Source of the DNA: Azolla caroliniana
Lineage: Eukaryota > Plantae > Polypodiophyta
Direction: 5' to 3'
Assembly: GCA_043228905.1 (NCBI GenBank)
Contig: JBHGNT010000017.1
Location: forward strand, 15,562,001-15,626,000
DNA: 64,000 bases
Shown here: one piece after another, positions 60,317 through 64,000 of the stretch
Position numbering within the stretch: the stretch's first letter is position 1
Layout: the number at the start of each line of letters is the position of its first letter
Program-made: the position numbers and the translations under genes
The notes under the pieces: model-generated
The model's database searches: none
What the model was told of the DNA's origin: nothing
What the model saw: only the letters and a program-made list of their open reading frames with translations

Positions 60317-61659
60317 ATAAAAAGTAAGAAAGCTAAAGGAAAAGAGAGAGAGGTAGGAGTTAGAGAAGAGAGAAAGGGTATATCGACCCGCACTCCTCAC
60401 AAAGTCGTAAGGCAAACCCTAAATAAAAAGCTACTAAAAAGAAAGGTTAAGGGGAGGGGTAATGTTTAAAATATATAGAAAAGGAGGAGAGGGGCAACGT
60501 GTGAATATAATCTAAAGATTAGGTTTAATAAAAGTGTAGGAGAGAGGTATAAGTGAAACTAGGAGGAATTAGGGGTATGAGTGAAACTAGGAGGTAGGGG
60601 TATGAAAAAAATAGTAAACGGGGAGGGGTATCCAATATTTTGAGGAGAGGAAGGGTAGGATAGGAATTAAAAATGTCAAAATAATAGAGGGAGGGGTATA
60701 ATGAAATTGAGAAAAGTAGATGGAGGGGTAGAATGAATTTTAGGAGAAAATTAGGAAGGAGGGTTAGAGTGTGATTTCAAATGAAAGGGGGAAGGGTAGA
60801 GTATACGAATAGAGGTGAGAGAGGGTAGAGTGAAATATAGGAAAAGAAAATGGGAAGGGTAGAGATAGAGAAAGAGTAACAAAAATTAAAAGAGAAAGAG
60901 AAAGAGGAGAGAAATGGGGGATTTTGAGTGAAAACATGAAAACGGAGAGGGGTAGAGTGACAATTAGTTAAACAGACGAGGGGCATTTTTACAATTTTTT
61001 AGAAATCAAGGAGAAGAGGGGGAGTGATAAGGATTGTGCATATAAGCCAGCTACAACATGTAGTCCCGAGCATTAGTTAAAGAGGGAGAGGTGGGCACAC
61101 ACGGCTACCATGTGTAGTCTCGTGCTATTAATACAAAGAAGAGATAAAAGGGGCGAGTAATGAGTGTCAATGTTGCATGTTGGGATGGAAGAAGAAAACC
61201 GGTGTCGTCGTCGCAAGTGCCAATCAACGTGTTATGAGGGAACTCATCACGAAACGGATGCTCAATGGGTGTCGATGCACGACCGTCGTGGGTGCCATTC
61301 TCCGTTGAAAGGGCCTCCATAGAAAGCATGACGTATTCTCAATTGGACCGTGAAGTCGAAACAAGGAGTGCGGACGGTAGGCAATCGGTGGGTGCAATAT
61401 GTAAGATGTAGAGTTATAGAGAAAAGGTTTAGGGTTTAGGAATTAGGGTTTGAGTTTTGGTTTTGGTTTAGGCTTAGGGTTAGGGTTTAAGAATTAGGGT
61501 TTAGTGTTTGTTTCGGGCTTAGGGTTTAGAGGATAAAAGGGTTTACGATTAAGTGCAAGAGGGGATAAAGTGAAAAGAAACACCAAGAATCATTTGAGCA
61601 CACCCAAATCATTTGACAAACTTGGTGTAAGTGAGGCATAATAAGAGATAGAGGAAGGG

Positions 61660-61702
<43 letters not shown>

Positions 61703-63081
61703 GAGGGATTAATCACTAACATTAAAATTGGACGTGTCCTCGAACGCTTCGATATGCAATCGGCAAAATCTGCCTCTACCGCGTTCCCTATTCATACTTG
61801 GCTATCTCAGCGAGACTGCCTGATATCCTGTCCGGAGGGGGAAATTATGAAGTCGGTATCGTATGCACTGGCAGTTGGCTCCCTAATGTACGCGATGGTC
61901 ATGACACGGCCTGATATCGCTCACGCCATTAGAGTCGTCAACAAATTTATGCATAATCCCGGTTGATTGCACTGGAACGTAGTCAAGCATGTGTTCAGAT
62001 ATCTGGTGGGCACAAAAGACCTTGGTATTCTATTCGGCCCGAATGACATCTTAGGCGTAGTCGAATATACCGACTCTGACTTTGTGGGTTGCATAGACAG
62101 CCGTAAATCGACAACCGGATATTGTTTCAAACTCAGTAATGGAGCCATCTCATGGAAATTGAAACTTCAGGAGTGCACTGCCACATCACTGACCGAGGCC
62201 AAATACGTAGCCGCATCCGATGCAACGAAAGAGGCCTCATGGCTCCGTCGGCTGGCTTGCACGTTTCGACAATCCAAAATCGGCTCGGCTCCAACTGTGT
62301 ACAGTGACAGTCAGGGTGTTGTTGCTCTGTCGAAAAATCTGGTTCATCACAACGTCTCCAAGCATATCGATGTTTGATATCATTTCGTTCGGGACTACGT
62401 CATTATAGGGAAAATTGGTCTAGAGAAAATATCGACAACCGATAATGTTGCAAACGCATTAACCAAGTGCCTTTCAACGGATCGATTTCAATCACTTCGG
62501 CATCGAATGGGCGTAATGAAGAACCAGTCTGATTAAATCGGACACTCAGGACGTTTCTCAGACAATAGACCTTGATAGTTCGAACTTCGGCTTCAGTCTC
62601 TCCGAACTCGGCCAATCCGGCCTTCTGCTCTTCGGATTTCACTGACTCGAACGAATTCTCGATTGTTCGTAAACCTTGTATCAATCTGTATTGTACATTC
62701 ATTTCGGTCTACAGATTTCAAATGTATACACCCATTATGGGGGAGTGTTGAATACGAGTTTCTAATGGACGTATTCACACCGTCTCCTTTTGTACACACT
62801 AGGCTTAGGCTATTTATGTAAATAGTGAGAAGGGAAATTACCCTAAGTCAGTCAGCATATAAACTGACTTTATAACCCAGTTAGTGCTTGGTTGCTTTAA
62901 GTTGTAATATACTCTTTACATTGTGCCTAACTATCTCTCTCTCTTTGGCGTACTAATTGTATTGTTTTTCTTTGTTGCTATAGATGTTACGATCTTGTAT
63001 CTACTGACGATCTTATAGGAGCTTATAGAAGAAGAGTGTTGATCTTGTTCCGCATTAGATGACGGTGATCCCAATATCCCA

Positions 63082-64000
63082 CACATCCGTACTGGCAGAT
63101 AACATCTTCGAGTAAGAATTTACACACCCCCGCCGTCATTTTTGTTTGCTAAGGCTCGCCTTAGGCCCGTGTCTGCGTTCTATCTTTCCATTAGCCTCTG
63201 GGTTATAAGCGATCGTGAGAGAGAGCTTCACTCCAATTCGTTCAAAGAGCTCCGTAGCTTCGTGAGTGTTCAACTCTCCTCTATCGGCCACTATCTTTCC
63301 TACACATCCGTACCGGCAAATGACATCTTCGAGTAAGAATTTACACACCCCCGCCGTCGTTTTGTTTGCTAAGGCTCGCCCTAGGCCCGTGTCTGCATTC
63401 TATCTTTCCATTAGCCTCCAAGTTCTAAACGGTCGTGAGAGAGAGCTTCACTCCAAGTCGTTCAAAGAGCTCTGTAGCTTCGTGAGCGTTCAACTCTCCT
63501 CTGTCGGCCACTATCTTTCCCACACATCCGTACCGGCAGATGACATCTCCGAGTAAGAATTTACACACCCCTGCCGTTGTTTTGTTTGCTAAGGCTCGCC
63601 CTTCTACCTGGTTTATTAGGTCTTCTCTTGCTAGCACCAAATATTTCATTTGTCCTACTCCCATTGGCATTGAATCCAAATACACCATCCATTTGAAGTG
63701 TATGGTGAGTGGGTAGGTCGGGTGCAACTCGTCCCTATGACGTATGTTCGAGTGTATCTGGTAGCTTTCACATGTCCCCACGAAATGGGTGACATCCTTG
63801 TACATTCCCAGCCACCAATACTTCTCCTTTAACTTCTCGAATGTTGCCCACGTTCCTCTATGGCCTGCCCAAGGACTCTCATGGAACTCAGACACCAATG
63901 TTGTCTAGTCCTCTTCCTTGATGACCACTCGTTGTGGCATCTTTGCCCTTCTCTTTGGGTGCCTCCAGAGGAATCCCCCTTGTAGGAAGTACTTGTATGC
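63082..64000 (-). pseudogene. Ty3/gypsy G3 integrase region (continues beyond the window) with a 220-bp tandem triplication
   Basis: HESPWAGHRG...YNPEANGKIER homologous to the G2 integrase; the unit starting TAGGCCCGTGTC occurs at 47622 (split by C5), 63162 and 63382. Confidence 0.9.

Larger units (their letters stand above)
58991..61729 (-). mobile_element. Non-coding hammerhead-containing insertion with long terminal direct repeats (58991-59354 and 61334-61729); Penelope-like/retrozyme-like
   Basis: Interrupts C5 RT exactly between GAC TAT and ATT GGA (D-Y|I-G), no TSD; near-identical direct repeats with TTTAGGG/TTAGGG units and (GA)n; strongly purine-skewed interior; no credible ORF. Confidence 0.8.
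47763..63076 (+). mobile_element. Decayed Ty1/copia C5 (LTRs 47763-48095 and 62746-63076, PBS-Met 48098-48109, TSD TCCCA), split by two nested insertions
   Basis: Matching ~332-bp LTRs; TCCCA at 47758-47762 and 63077-63081; gag/PR 48783-50141, IN/RT 57138-58993, RT/RH 61727-62534; PPT ATGGGGGAG. Confidence 0.95.

Overview
Eukaryotic (land-plant) DNA; a non-seed plant is suggested by the retroelement types, but that is inference. One host gene is recognisable: the meiotic synaptonemal-complex transverse-filament gene ZYP1 (minus strand, 27374-32502, many short introns). Almost all the rest is nested transposons. There are five Ty1/copia insertions, one intact and very young (34317-39723), and four Ty3/gypsy insertions from at least two lineages. 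There is also a 5.4-kb microsatellite-filled TIR element with an 8-bp TSD and a probable solo LTR carrying a ~105-bp array. Three items go beyond routine TE annotation. (1) A decayed, intron-containing bacterial-type beta-class N4C/N6A DNA amino-methyltransferase gene (21430-22960), invisible in the ORF track and apparently inside a DNA transposon. (2) A 2.7-kb non-coding insertion (58991-61729) with long direct repeats, no TSD, telomeric repeats and a complete hammerhead ribozyme, resembling a non-autonomous Penelope-like or retrozyme element. (3) A tRNA-Trp-primed gypsy element with a Gag-protease ORF followed by a G_GAU_UUU slippery site and an H-type pseudoknot that would give -1 frameshift access to RT-RH-IN. 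All coordinates and identities were read by eye; no database searches were run.
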